Made by a program: the position numbers and the translations under genes
Notes under the pieces: generated by a model
What the model saw: only the letters and a program-made list of their open reading frames with translations
Database searches by the model: none
Told to the model about the DNA's origin: nothing
Part shown: positions 8,209 to 16,987 of the stretch, piece by piece
Position numbering within the stretch: position 1 is the first letter of the stretch
Layout of the letters: each line of letters opens with the position of its first letter
From: Dehalococcoidia bacterium
Lineage (GTDB): Bacteria > Chloroflexota > Dehalococcoidia > Lucifugimonadales > JADFKI01
Direction of reading: 5' to 3'
Length of the DNA: 64,000 bases
Assembly (NCBI GenBank): GCA_034421195.1
Contig: DAOUKP010000023.1
Span: 5,710-69,709, forward strand

Positions 8209-9398
8209 TTTCGCTTCGGGCGAAATATGCCGAACGAGCTTGTGTAGCCGTGCAGGAAGGTCGCATCCCCGACCTGCCCTATCTCGCCATTGCAGAAGAA
8301 GCCAGTGAGCGGGACGGGGCCGACCAGATCGCTGAACATGTTGGTGTCATGGTCGGGCCTGCCGTACAGGTACGAGCCGCGCCCAAGGCACTGGAACAGC
8401 AGCGCGCCCGCCTCCGGTTGTCCACCTTCCGGCAGGTCCGAAACATACTGCTCAAGCATGGCGTTCAGGTCCTGCGACGAGGTTTCGGCGTCTCGCAGGT
8501 GGAACTGCACCGTCTGCCCTTCCTTCAGCATCTCGCCCACGGCAAGCGCGCCGCGCTGCGCGTCAACACCCACGATGTTGCGAATCAGGAAGTCGCCCAG
8601 CTGAGGATTGTCGTTAAGCTCATCCATGACAACGCCGAGGAATAACGAATGCTGCGCCAACTCGCGGTCCCTCTCGCTCAGTGTCATGAATATCTCTTTC
8701 AGCACCTCGAACGGCGTGCGCCCATCGACTTCGAGCAGGATGTTGCGGCGGCTTGATGTGATGTGCATCAGATCGCCGATGGGACGACAGCCCTGAGCCA
8801 CAACCGTGTCTATCTGCACATCGCCCTCGAAAGCCACGCCTACCACGCCGTCGGTGTGCGTCTCGTTGCCAAGATACAGCGCGTTGCCGCCCTCGTGGTG
8901 CGCTCCGCTCGCCAGCCCTCCAATCTTCGCGCTGCGGGGGAAGGCGTAGTCCAGTCCCATCAGCAGCTGCTCTCCCTGCATGCTGAACGGGTCCGCTAGA
9001 ATGAGAAAGTCCACGTCCGAGCCAACCGGAGCGTCCACCAGAGCGCCCCACTCGTCAGGCGGGGCATCACCGTCCGGCAGCCCTCCATACTGGATATGGA
9101 ACGGCGTAAGCTGCACATCCGGCAAGTGCGCCGCAGTCAATGCCAGCCCTGGCCTGTTCTCAACCTCAGTCGCCGCGCCGATGACGCCGCCTCCACTGCA
9201 CCCCACCAGCAGCGCATCACCGAAACGTTCCGCAACGAGCGCCGTCAGCGTTTCATATTCGTGGGCGTAATGCGGCGACACGAAGGCGACAACCATGTGA
9301 GGCGTCATTCCACCAAGCTCACTCTCCAACCTGCGTACACACTCATCGAAGGCATCTGCCAGCGTCGATTCTTCCGATACTGCCGAACTCCACTTCAT
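8205..9398 (-). CDS. FIST-domain sensory protein
   Basis: 397 aa. VAFVSPHY...LVGCSGGGVIG...FFCNGEIG pattern of FIST_N/FIST_C proteins. Its stop overlaps the stop of the convergent amidohydrolase gene. Confidence 0.7.
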   Translation of the reverse strand: MKWSSAVSEESTLADAFDECVRRLESELGGMTPHMVVAFVSPHYAHEYETLTALVAERFGDALLVGCSGGGVIGAATEVENRPGLALTAAHLPDVQLTPFHIQYGGLPDGDAPPDEWGALVDAPVGSDVDFLILADPFSMQGEQLLMGLDYAFPRSAKIGGLASGAHHEGGNALYLGNETHTDGVVGVAFEGDVQIDTVVAQGCRPIGDLMHITSSRRNILLEVDGRTPFEVLKEIFMTLSERDRELAQHSLFLGVVMDELNDNPQLGDFLIRNIVGVDAQRGALAVGEMLKEGQTVQFHLRDAETSSQDLNAMLEQYVSDLPEGGQPEAGALLFQCLGRGSYLYGRPDHDTNMFSDLVGPVPLTGFFCNGEIGQVGDATFLHGYTSSFGIFRPKRN

Positions 9399-9554
9399 GG
9401 CACTCCCTCCACATTCCGGCGCGGCGCGCCTTCCAAATAGTCAACATTGCTATCCTGTAATTGTGGCTATTCTAGCAGACTGTCGATTTGCAAAGGACAT
9501 CTCACCGTTGCGTCATAATATAGCGTTTACCGAAAGCCAGTGGGTTGCGCCGTC

Positions 9555-9620
9555 TTCCATCCTAACCCTCCCCCATCAAGGAAAAGGGACTTTGTCACCT
9601 GAAAGGAAACGCTACGGACG
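9555..9620 (+). repeat. decayed copy of the G/C-hairpin intergenic repeat with right outer arm (CACCTGAAAGGAAACGCTACGG)
   Basis: CCATCCTAACCCTCCCCCATCAAGGAAAAGGGACTTTGTCACCTGAAAGGAAACGCTACGG read directly. The hairpin right arm is mutated. Confidence 0.7.
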
Positions 9621-9682
9621 CAGCTCGCGTGCTAGACACGACTAATATCAGATGATATAGTGTCGCCAACAATTAAATACGC

Positions 9683-9775
9683 GCACGGGGGGAGCTTGGT
9701 TTGCCAGGCTGAGAGGCTCCGACTCAATCGGAGCGACCCCAATAACCTGATCTGGGTAATTCCAGCGTAGGGATG
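9683..9775 (+). promoter_or_regulatory. TPP (THI-box) riboswitch aptamer
   Basis: ACGGGGGGAGC...GGCUGAGAGG...CGACCCCAAUAACCUGAUCUGGGUAAUUCCAGCGUAGGGAUG carries the invariant CUGAGA, ACCUGAUCUGG-UAAU-CCAGCGUAGGGA blocks of RF00059-type elements. It lies directly upstream of a transporter gene. Confidence 0.85.
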
Positions 9776-9799
9776 TTGGTTCTCTTTAGAAAATGCAAA

Positions 9800-9829
9800 G
9801 GCTACCCCAAGGACGGGGTAGCCTTTTTT
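9800..9829 (+). terminator. intrinsic terminator / expression platform of the TPP riboswitch
   Basis: GGCTACCCC-AAGGAC-GGGGTAGCC (9-bp stem) followed by TTTTTT at 9824-9829. Located between the aptamer and the RBS (AGGAGAAGGAGG) of the downstream gene. Confidence 0.75.
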
Positions 9830-9880
9830 GTTGCCTCCGCCGGTCCCCTCAACTGCGCAAGGAGAAGGAGGCACAGGGCA

Positions 9881-11356
9881 ATGCTAAGCACCACCGTCGG
9901 ACTGGCAACGCTGATTGTTGTAGGAATCGCGTTCCTCATCCTGGGAGTCGCCCGCATCGGACGCCGCAGGCAGAGCGTCGAGGACTACACAGTGTCGCGC
10001 AACCATGCGCCCACGAACATCGGCATCGCAACGCTGGTCGCGTCTATGTTCGGGACCTGGGTGCTTATGAGTCCCGGCGAGACGGGGGCGAACTTCGGAA
10101 TCGTATCGCTCATTGGTTATGCGCTGGGCATGGCAGGCATTCCGGTGATGTTCATGTTCGTGGGGCCACGCATCCGCGAACTGATGCCCAACGGCCACTC
10201 GGTTACGGAATATGTCAGGCATCGGTTCGGCACTGTGCCCTTCATATCAATCGCGGTGGTCATCATCTTCGTGATGGGCATATTCATCGCCGCGGAGATG
10301 ACGGCGATAACGACCGCAGTAACCATACTTACGGGGACGCCCGCGCTGGCGACTGCGCTGGGTGTGGGCATTGTCGTGGTCATATACACAGCATACGGCG
10401 GGCTGCGCGCGTCAATCTTCACAGACACGATCCAGTTCTGGGTGCTTATGCCCGCTCTGCTGCTGCTCGTGATTGTCGCCGCGGTTCTAATTGGAGGCAA
10501 AGGCGTATGGAGCAACGCCGGAGCAACGGGATTGCTCTCCTTTGGCAACAGCGGCAGCTACTACTTCGGCATAGTCCTCATCATCGGCATCGTCGCATCC
10601 AACGCATTCCATCCGGGCATGTGGCAGCGCGTCTATACGGTGAAGGACCAGCAGGCGCTCAACCGCAGCCTCTGGACAGCCGCAGCCATATCCATTCCCA
10701 TCACCTTCCTTATGGGCATGGCGGGCGTAGCAGCGGTCGCCAACGGCTCAGTAGGGCCGTTCGAGTATCCCGCAGTCGCTGCCGCGCTGTTCGCGCTTGG
10801 CAGCGACATATTCCCTATCTGGATGCACTTCCTGATGCTGATATGCGCGCTGATGCTCGCGATGAGCACGCTGGACACGCTGATGAATGGACTCGCGAGC
10901 AATGTCGCTTCGGACCTGGCGGACACGCACATCAGCACGGAGGGCAACGCGCTCATGACCATTGCGCGAGTTGTCACGGTCGTGGTGGTGATTCCGGCGA
11001 TATTCGTGGCGGCGCAGGGATTCAGCGTGCTTTACGTGTTCCTTATCGCGGACCTGCTGGGCGCGGCTATCGCGGTGCCGATGCTAATCGGGCTGTACTC
11101 GCGGCGGATGCCCGGCTGGGGAGTGCTGCTCGCCGGCGGAGTGGGAATCGTGGTGGGTGCGCTGTACTACCCGACGCCGGACCTGCTGTCGCCGTGGGCG
11201 CTGACAGCGCCGTTCGGCACGCAGATGTTCTTCGCGTTCGCATCGGCGCTGGTGGTGTCGTCGGTGATCTCTGCCGTGGTCATCCTGGTTCGGCAGCCGG
11301 CTCAGGACTACGATTTCGGACGGCTGAATGAAGAGGTGCGGTTGATAGAGGGGTAG
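9881..11356 (+). CDS. sodium:solute symporter (SSS) family transporter, ThiV-like (riboswitch-controlled, putative thiamine/HMP precursor uptake)
   Basis: ORF track 9773..11356. Start moved to ATG 9881 after AGGAGAAGGAGG. About 13 TM segments. SSS-like GETGANFG, YTAYGGLRASIFTD blocks. Preceded by a TPP riboswitch. Confidence 0.75.
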   Translation: MLSTTVGLATLIVVGIAFLILGVARIGRRRQSVEDYTVSRNHAPTNIGIATLVASMFGTWVLMSPGETGANFGIVSLIGYALGMAGIPVMFMFVGPRIRELMPNGHSVTEYVRHRFGTVPFISIAVVIIFVMGIFIAAEMTAITTAVTILTGTPALATALGVGIVVVIYTAYGGLRASIFTDTIQFWVLMPALLLLVIVAAVLIGGKGVWSNAGATGLLSFGNSGSYYFGIVLIIGIVASNAFHPGMWQRVYTVKDQQALNRSLWTAAAISIPITFLMGMAGVAAVANGSVGPFEYPAVAAALFALGSDIFPIWMHFLMLICALMLAMSTLDTLMNGLASNVASDLADTHISTEGNALMTIARVVTVVVVIPAIFVAAQGFSVLYVFLIADLLGAAIAVPMLIGLYSRRMPGWGVLLAGGVGIVVGALYYPTPDLLSPWALTAPFGTQMFFAFASALVVSSVISAVVILVRQPAQDYDFGRLNEEVRLIEG

Positions 11357-11367
11357 GCGGCAAATTG

Positions 11368-11423
11368 ACATGGATGGACAGGATGAATGGGATGAAAGTC
11401 CTGCGTATCTTGTTCATCCATGT
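11368..11423. repeat. imperfect long hairpin built from inverted ACAGGATG-type motifs (ACATGGATG...CATCCATGT outer stem); probable bidirectional terminator
   Basis: Sits between the convergent transporter (ends 11356) and lipoprotein gene (ends 11439). 9-bp perfect outer stem read directly. Confidence 0.55.
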
Positions 11424-11438
11424 AACCCATAAGTCCAT

Positions 11439-11912
11439 TCATTTCAGCCCATCGGGGCATTCAGGCCGCGCGGCAATTTGCTTGACTACTGACTTGTCCT
11501 TCAGAGCGGCTTCCAAAGCAACCTTCCCTTCCTCGGTACTGTATTCGGGCTGTGGGGTCTCCTTGAGAGTGCCGTTTCCGTTCAGATACACGACCGACCC
11601 TGAACGAAGGTCGGTCAGAATAATCGGCGCTACCCACTCGGCTGGCGACCGGACAATCTCGCAGGGCGGCAGATAACGCGCATACAGGTATCCGTCGATT
11701 ACTTTCGTTAACTCCATACTCCTTGGTGTCGATTGCAATTTCTTCTCAAAGGGAGTAGGTGTATTGGCTGATGGAGGGACTGGGGGAAGCGGCGTGGCCG
11801 GTGGCAGCGGCGTGGGTGCGGGCTGCGCTCCAAGTCCCAGCTGGCAACCGATGATCAACAGCGGCAGAAGCGCCAGGATGGTCCCTGTGCATATCATCCT
11901 TGCCATCGACAT
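11439..11912 (-). CDS. hypothetical lipoprotein
   Basis: Signal peptide with lipobox LLIIGC, followed by a Pro/Thr/Ala-rich linker and a small globular domain. No family recognised. Confidence 0.5.
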   Translation of the reverse strand: MSMARMICTGTILALLPLLIIGCQLGLGAQPAPTPLPPATPLPPVPPSANTPTPFEKKLQSTPRSMELTKVIDGYLYARYLPPCEIVRSPAEWVAPIILTDLRSGSVVYLNGNGTLKETPQPEYSTEEGKVALEAALKDKSVVKQIAARPECPDGLK

Positions 11913-12105
11913 GTGTGCCCTCCTTCAAACCAGTTCACGACTACAATCCTTGTAATCCCTTCAACACTATAACGAGCGCGGGAGCCGATTTGTTCCACCG
12001 CGTATTTTGAGTGCCGAAGAAAGCAAAGGAAAATACTTCACGCTACCGCGAACAGGCGGGCGGCCTTGATGACGGCTACGAGCACCGACATCATTCCGTT
12101 CTGCT

Positions 12106-12510
12106 TCAACGAAGGTCAACCACCAACACTCCGGTTGGCTCGAAGTGTCGCACGTTGCGGGTGACGACGGTCAGTCCGTGTTCAAGCGCGGTCGCGGCTA
12201 TGAGAAGGTCTGTGTTGTCGTTGCCGAGCGCCGCGGATAGCTGCCCCCAGCGCCGAGCCGTGGCAACATCGACGGGAAGAATGCGGTCGCCGTACCAGTC
12301 CAGTATTCGATCCAGCCAGCCGGACAGGTCCCGTGCAAAGTCCGGGTTATGTCGCTGCTGTTGAGCTATGCCCCGCTCGATCTCCCCGACCGTGACTACG
12401 CTTATGTACAAGTCTGCCATCCGTTGGCTTTCTATCCAGCGCACAACATCAGGATTCCGGCGGCGCCTCCGTAGGGCTGATAGAACGTCGGTGTCTATGA
12501 GATACATCAC
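12106..12510 (-). CDS. vapC: PIN-domain toxin, VapC/FitB-like
   Basis: MYLIDTDVLSAL... (N-terminal acidic D-x-D), ...DLLIAATALEHGLTVVTRNVRHF, a typical VapC C-terminal block. 4-nt ATGA overlap with the upstream antitoxin gene. Confidence 0.8.
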   Translation of the reverse strand: MMYLIDTDVLSALRRRRRNPDVVRWIESQRMADLYISVVTVGEIERGIAQQQRHNPDFARDLSGWLDRILDWYGDRILPVDVATARRWGQLSAALGNDNTDLLIAATALEHGLTVVTRNVRHFEPTGVLVVDLR

Positions 12511-12764
12511 AACTCCAGTTGGCGCGCAGGAACGGACAGGCGCTCAAATTCCTCGTCGTCTTGCGGGATTTCAAGCAGCAATTCCGCGAACGTAGGGGCA
12601 TCAGCTCGTTCCATGCGGCGTAGCCGCTCGTACTCGTCCACTGCCAGCACAACGACGGCGGGTTCCCCGCGTCGGGTGACCTGCTGGGGTTCGCCTGCGA
12701 GGGCTGCGTTTACCAACGCGCTGAACCTGTTCTTCGCATCCTGTAACGGCCATTCTGTCATCAT
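12507..12764 (-). CDS. Phd/YefM-family antitoxin
   Basis: WPLQDAKNRFSALVNAALAGEPQQVTRRGEPAVVVLAVDEYERL is the canonical Phd/YefM N-terminal pattern. Translationally coupled to vapC. Confidence 0.8.
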   Translation of the reverse strand: MMTEWPLQDAKNRFSALVNAALAGEPQQVTRRGEPAVVVLAVDEYERLRRMERADAPTFAELLLEIPQDDEEFERLSVPARQLEL

Positions 12765-12860
12765 CCACCTCTCAACTAGATATTCTGGCTAGATTGTACA
12801 CCATAGGGTCAGGATGGAGGGGATGAGCAATTCTGTGTATCTTACATACATGTCAAGGCT

Positions 12861-12936
12861 GGGCATAATTCGTCATATCCCCCTTCCTAACCTTCCCCCA
12901 AAGGGGGCAGGGACACAAGGAACGGCAATTATGCCC
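12861..12936 (+). repeat. G/C-hairpin intergenic repeat variant with alternative outer inverted arms GGGCATAATTCG / GCAATTATGCCC
   Basis: Direct reading. Core CCTTCCTAACCTTCCCCCAAAGGGGGCAGGGAC flanked by the inverted arms. Confidence 0.75.
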
Positions 12937-12955
12937 ACCTCTATACAAGCGCCCT

Positions 12956-13543
12956 TCACGCTACCGCGAAGAGGCGGGCGGCCTTGATGACGGCGACGAG
13001 GACGGGCATCATCAGGTCGCGGAGGCGTAGGGTGAGCGCGGTTACGACGAGGGCGATGACCGCGCCGCCGAGGATGTCTGCCGGGTAGTGGACGCCGACA
13101 TATACGCGGGATAAGCCGTACACGATAGCAGCTATGAACAGCGCCGTGCCGATGCGGCGGTTGACGCACCATACGGCTGCCGCTATGGCGAATGCTGCGG
13201 CGGCGCTGTTGGATGGGAAGGACGAGTCGGTGGGCTGGTAGAAGAGCAGGTTGATGCCTTCGAGTCCGTCGAATGGGCGCGGTCTGAAGAAAAAGGCATT
13301 GCTGATGAGCACGACGAGGCTGGAGAGCGCCATGGCGGTCAGAGCGGTGAACATGCCAATCTGGTAGCGCATGCGCTGCGGGGCGTCTTTACCAATGAAC
13401 CATAGGGCGACCAGTGTCAGTCCCATGCTAACCGGCACGAGGTAGTCGCTGGCTACCCAGACCATCGCGGCGTCAACGGTGGGCACGTTGCCGACTAGGG
13501 CGTTTATCCAGAGAAATAGCGCTTTATCTGCGTTCGCCAGCAT
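12956..13543 (-). CDS. PAP2-family phosphatase (undecaprenyl-diphosphatase-like)
   Basis: KxxxxxxRP-like FFFRPRPF, SFPS, and SRVYVGVHYPADILGG motifs of the PAP2 superfamily. Multi-TM. Confidence 0.75.
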   Translation of the reverse strand: MLANADKALFLWINALVGNVPTVDAAMVWVASDYLVPVSMGLTLVALWFIGKDAPQRMRYQIGMFTALTAMALSSLVVLISNAFFFRPRPFDGLEGINLLFYQPTDSSFPSNSAAAAFAIAAAVWCVNRRIGTALFIAAIVYGLSRVYVGVHYPADILGGAVIALVVTALTLRLRDLMMPVLVAVIKAARLFAVA

Positions 13544-13965
13544 GTTGCCTCATTGAACAGGTAGCGGTAGTTGCGCGACAGGGCATGCCACCAGCTTGCG
13601 CCCTTTAGCCCGCCAAGTCCCGCAGCGGGCGCTTGCTCCAAATCGCTCGCGCTGACGCGAAACCGCCGGTTCCACAGGGAAGATAGTACGCAAGTTAGGA
13701 TGCCGCTCGCAGCGACAGCGAGGAAGAAGAGCAAGCCCTGCTGGTTGGAGTCTAAGCCGCCCTCGTAGTCGTTGATGTTGCGCTCGGCGACGGCGAAGAA
13801 CCATACGATGGCGGCGATAGCGATGGCGATGCCTAGAGGACGCGCGATGATGGGATTCTTGATCAGAAGCAGTCCACGCAAGCCGCCGATGGATGCCGCG
13901 GTCTGCATCACGCCCAAACTCGCGACGAACACCATAATGAAGTAATCGAGCGCGAATGAGAACAT
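13504..13965 (-). CDS. hypothetical integral membrane protein
   Basis: 153 aa, 3-4 hydrophobic segments. 40-nt overlap with the downstream PAP2 gene. No family recognised. Confidence 0.45.
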   Translation of the reverse strand: MFSFALDYFIMVFVASLGVMQTAASIGGLRGLLLIKNPIIARPLGIAIAIAAIVWFFAVAERNINDYEGGLDSNQQGLLFFLAVAASGILTCVLSSLWNRRFRVSASDLEQAPAAGLGGLKGASWWHALSRNYRYLFNEATCWRTQIKRYFSG

Positions 13966-13970
13966 CTACA

Positions 13971-14005
13971 TCCCAATCCTACCCATCCTGTCCATCGATG
14001 TTAAC
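13971..14005 (-). repeat. purine-rich ACAGGATGG tandem motif (minus strand: TTAACATCGATGGACAGGATGGGTAGGATTGGGA), intercistronic
   Basis: Lies between the ilvE stop (14016) and the ATG of the next minus-strand gene (13965). The same ACATCGATGGACAGGATGG string occurs at 19181 and, inverted, at 56858-56888. Confidence 0.75.
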
Positions 14006-14015
14006 CCCGTTCCCG

Positions 14016-14942
14016 CTACTCCAGCGGAACCGCGGCGCACCAGTCCATGTACTTGGGATTGTTGCCCGCGATGATGTCCACGTACATGTCGTTAATCTTC
14101 TGCGTGATGGGGCCTACGCCGCCCTCGCCTATCGGCCGCATGTCCAGCTCACCCACCGGGGTTACGTGCGCCGCCGTGCCGGTGAGGAATATCTCGTCCG
14201 CGAGGTAGAGTTCGCTGCGCCTTATGCGCCGCTCCACAATGTCCAAGCCAAGCTCGTCGGTTGCGATGCGAATTGCGGAGTCTCGCGTGATGCCGGTCAG
14301 GTTGTTGTCGGCTACGAGCGGAGTGTGAATTACGCCGTTGGAGACGAGGAACAGGTTCTCACCACTGCCTTCAGACACATCGCCGTCCTGCGTCAGCATG
14401 ATAGCCTCGTCGAAGCCGGAGAGGGTCGCTTCGGTCTTGGCGAGGATGCTGTTGACATAGTGGCCGGAGATTTTCACACGCGGCGGGATTATGGTGTCGT
14501 CCACGCGCCGCCAAGAGGATGTGCAGCAGCGTATCGCGCCCTCTGCCTCTATGTAGCTGCCGAACGGCACGACTATCAAGGTAAAGTCGCTGTCCAGCTC
14601 TTGTAGCTTCAGGTTGGCGACCAGTTCTTGGCTCTTGTAAGCGAGGGGCCGGATGTACAGGTCTTGCTTGTAGCCGCAGCGTTGGAGCAGGTCAAGGGTG
14701 ATGTCGCACAGGGCGTCCACGTCGTAGGGGAGGTCCATCATCATGATGCGGCAACCCTGAATGAGCCGCTCGTAGTGCTCGCGCATGCGGAAGACGTAGA
14801 GCTTGTCGTGGTCCGCGTTCCAGTTGCCCCGTATGCCCTCGAACACGGCGGTGCCGTAGTGGAGGGCGTGGGTCGTAACGCTCACCTTCGCCTCCGATAG
14901 GGGAACGACTTGTCCGCGGAAGAAGGCAAGGGCTTGAGGCAT
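14016..14942 (-). CDS. ilvE: branched-chain amino acid aminotransferase
   Basis: 308 aa. HALHYGTAVFEGIRG..., YIRPL..., GSGENLF, EIFLTGTAA blocks of class IV aminotransferases. Confidence 0.85.
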   Translation of the reverse strand: MPQALAFFRGQVVPLSEAKVSVTTHALHYGTAVFEGIRGNWNADHDKLYVFRMREHYERLIQGCRIMMMDLPYDVDALCDITLDLLQRCGYKQDLYIRPLAYKSQELVANLKLQELDSDFTLIVVPFGSYIEAEGAIRCCTSSWRRVDDTIIPPRVKISGHYVNSILAKTEATLSGFDEAIMLTQDGDVSEGSGENLFLVSNGVIHTPLVADNNLTGITRDSAIRIATDELGLDIVERRIRRSELYLADEIFLTGTAAHVTPVGELDMRPIGEGGVGPITQKINDMYVDIIAGNNPKYMDWCAAVPLE

Positions 14943-15039
14943 TTTGGAACTCTCCTTATCTGTTATTCGTCAAGCATGTATTATAAGCCGAATACGGGGA
15001 TGATGTGCAACCCACAAAAGGGTTAGAGCTGGGCATTGT

Positions 15040-15137
15040 TCATTTCACCCCCATCCCTCGCTTCCGCGAGGGCAGGCTCTAACCTTCCTCCTTAATGGGG
15101 AAAGGCACTTTTGGCACCTAGAAGGATACGCTATCGA
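15040..15137 (+). repeat. intergenic repeat variant: TTCACCCCCATCC + CCCTCGC-TTCC-GCGAGGG hairpin + CTCTAACCTTCC... + right outer arm CACCTAGAAGGATACGCTATCG
   Basis: Direct reading. The modules are shared with copies at 19585-19885. Confidence 0.75.
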
Positions 15138-15217
15138 CAAGGGCGTAAAGTTGACCGCATAGATAGGCGTTGTTAAACTCAGCGCGTCCCTAGACTGAAT
15201 AGAAATCGAGCGCGTTA

Positions 15218-16027
15218 ATGTCCTCGAACGGCCAATCCGACAATACATCTCCCATTCTGGAAGTGCGCGACCTGGTAAAGGATTTCGGCGGCGTGCGCGC
15301 GGTTGACCATTGCTCGCTTGAAGTCAAGCCCGGCACCATCACCGGACTGATAGGACCGAATGGCGCAGGCAAGACCACGCTCTTCAACCTCATTAGCGGG
15401 TTCCACAAGCCGACGAGCGGGACGATTAAATTTCTCGGACGGCGCATTGACGGGATGGAAGCGCACGAGACATTTCACACGGGACTCGTCCGCACATTCC
15501 AGATTCCGCGCGAGTTCAAGCAGATGACGGTGCTGGAGAACCTGATGCTGGTGCCGGGGAACCAGATCGGAGAGCGGATGTGGGCTTCGTGGTTTGCGCC
15601 GTGGCGCATAGGACCTGAGGAACGGGCGATAGAGCGGCAGGCGCTGGAAACGCTGGAGTTTCTGAACCTGGCGCACCTGAGGGACGAGTACGCGGCAAAC
15701 CTCTCCGGCGGTCAAAAGAAGCTGCTGGAACTGGGCAGGACGCTGATGGCGCGACCCAAGATGATTCTGCTGGACGAGCCGAGCGCTGGCGTCAGTCCTA
15801 TGCTGACGGAGCTGCTGATGGAGGATATACGCCGCACGCAGGAAGAGACGGGTATCACCATCCTTATCATCGAGCATAATATGCATGTGGTCATGAGTCT
15901 CTGCGACCCGATTATCGTGATGAGCGAGGGCAGAAAGCTCATGGAAGGGACGCCGGAAGAGGTGCAGCGCGACGAGGAGGTGTTAAGCGCGTATTTGGGC
16001 TTTAGCGGTCAGGAGGCGGAGAGCTAA
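15218..16027 (+). CDS. livG: branched-chain amino acid ABC transporter ATP-binding protein (LivG-type)
   Basis: Walker A GPNGAGKTT, LSGGQKKLLELGR signature, LLDEP Walker B, and the LivG-specific C-terminal extension. Confidence 0.85.
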   Translation: MSSNGQSDNTSPILEVRDLVKDFGGVRAVDHCSLEVKPGTITGLIGPNGAGKTTLFNLISGFHKPTSGTIKFLGRRIDGMEAHETFHTGLVRTFQIPREFKQMTVLENLMLVPGNQIGERMWASWFAPWRIGPEERAIERQALETLEFLNLAHLRDEYAANLSGGQKKLLELGRTLMARPKMILLDEPSAGVSPMLTELLMEDIRRTQEETGITILIIEHNMHVVMSLCDPIIVMSEGRKLMEGTPEEVQRDEEVLSAYLGFSGQEAES

Positions 16028-16092
16028 CAGGATGGATAGAATTTTTCACCCCCATCCTAACCCTAACCTTCCCCAATCAAAGGGGGAAGGGA
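16025..16092 (+). repeat. composite repeat: TAACAGGATGGATAGAA motif (starting on the livG stop codon) fused to the G/C-hairpin core
   Basis: TAACAGGATGGATAGAATTTTTCACCCCCATCCTAACCCTAACCTTCCCCAATCAAAGGGGGAAGGGAC read directly between livG and livF. Confidence 0.85.
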
Positions 16093-16115
16093 CATGTAGA
16101 TAAAGGATGCTGGGA

Positions 16116-16850
16116 ATGAGCATATTGACGGTCGAGGATATAGTGGCGGGGTATGGGGAGACGGAGATTCTGCATGGCGTGTCGATGCGTGTTGAGCCGG
16201 GTGAGGCGGTTACGCTTTTTGGTCCGAACGGCTGCGGCAAATCAACGCTGATGAAGACCATATTCGGGCTGTTGATTCCGAAACGGGGACGGGTCATCTT
16301 CGAGGATACCGATATTACAGGCATGGCAACGGACAGGCTCATCCGGATGGGCATGTCCTACGTGCCGCAGACAGGCAACATCTTTCCTTCGCTGTCTATC
16401 GAGGAGAATCTGGAGATGGGCGCATTCGCGGACGGCAGGGACGCGCGGGGGCGCATATCCGAGATGTACCGGATGTTTCCGGACCTGGAGCGCAGCAGAC
16501 GGCAGCGGGCGGGCAACCTGTCAGGCGGGCAGCGGCAGATGCTGGCATTCGGGAGGGCGCTGATGCTGAGGCCCAGGCTACTGTTGCTGGATGAGCCTTC
16601 GGCGGGCCTGTCGCCTATTGTGGCACAGCTTATATTCGATAGGCTGCGAGACATACAAGGGACGGGCATCGCCATACTAATCATCGAGCATAATATACGA
16701 ACTGCGCTCGCGATGTCCGACAGGGGGTATGTGCTTGCGGACGGGGAGAACCAGCTTGATGGCAGCGCAACGGGATTGCTCGACAATCCTGAGATTGGAC
16801 GGCTGTACTTAGGCGGCAGTACGGGGGTTAATAAGGATGTACGGGATTAA
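16116..16850 (+). CDS. livF: branched-chain amino acid ABC transporter ATP-binding protein (LivF-type)
   Basis: ORF track 16107..16850. ATG 16116 has better spacing to AAGGA. GPNGCGKST Walker A, LSGGQRQMLAFGR, LLLDEPS. Confidence 0.85.
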   Translation: MSILTVEDIVAGYGETEILHGVSMRVEPGEAVTLFGPNGCGKSTLMKTIFGLLIPKRGRVIFEDTDITGMATDRLIRMGMSYVPQTGNIFPSLSIEENLEMGAFADGRDARGRISEMYRMFPDLERSRRQRAGNLSGGQRQMLAFGRALMLRPRLLLLDEPSAGLSPIVAQLIFDRLRDIQGTGIAILIIEHNIRTALAMSDRGYVLADGENQLDGSATGLLDNPEIGRLYLGGSTGVNKDVRD

Positions 16851-16864
16851 CAGGATAGGATAGA
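16848..16864 (+). repeat. short ACAGGAT-type motif starting on the livF stop codon (TAACAGGATAGGATAGA)
   Basis: Direct reading. TAA at 16848-16850 is both the stop codon and the first 3 nt of the motif. Confidence 0.6.
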
Positions 16865-16867
16865 CGC

Positions 16868-16900
16868 AAGAAAAGGCTGCTCCCCTTTCGGAGAACAGCC
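16868..16900 (-). terminator. candidate intrinsic terminator on the minus strand downstream of the tRNA-like element
   Basis: Minus strand GGCTGTTCTCC-GAAA-GGGGAGCAGCC (9 of 11 pairs) followed by TTTTCTT. Confidence 0.4.
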
Positions 16901-16987
16901 CTCTATCGTCAGAATAGTTCAGATGAACTACAACGACCTCACAGCATAATTGTAGCATAGGATATCGTTCGCGGACAACCTGAATAG

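Noticed and set aside
9793-11331. Very long alternative-frame ORFs: 9793..11331 (512 aa), 5471..6523, 7803..8645, 26142..26681, 28826..29308, 35065..35661, 43629..44729 and many similar.
   Set aside because: Each overlaps a CDS with clear family motifs in another frame or strand. Their translations are Arg/Ala/Pro/Gly-rich with no motifs, which is the usual off-frame artefact of GC-rich DNA.
12765-12800. Direct repeats CTAGATAT / CTAGATTG upstream of the Phd/YefM-vapC pair as an antitoxin operator, with a TACAAT -10 on the minus strand.
   Set aside because: These are only two short 6-7-nt repeats. Without comparative or binding data they are indistinguishable from chance.
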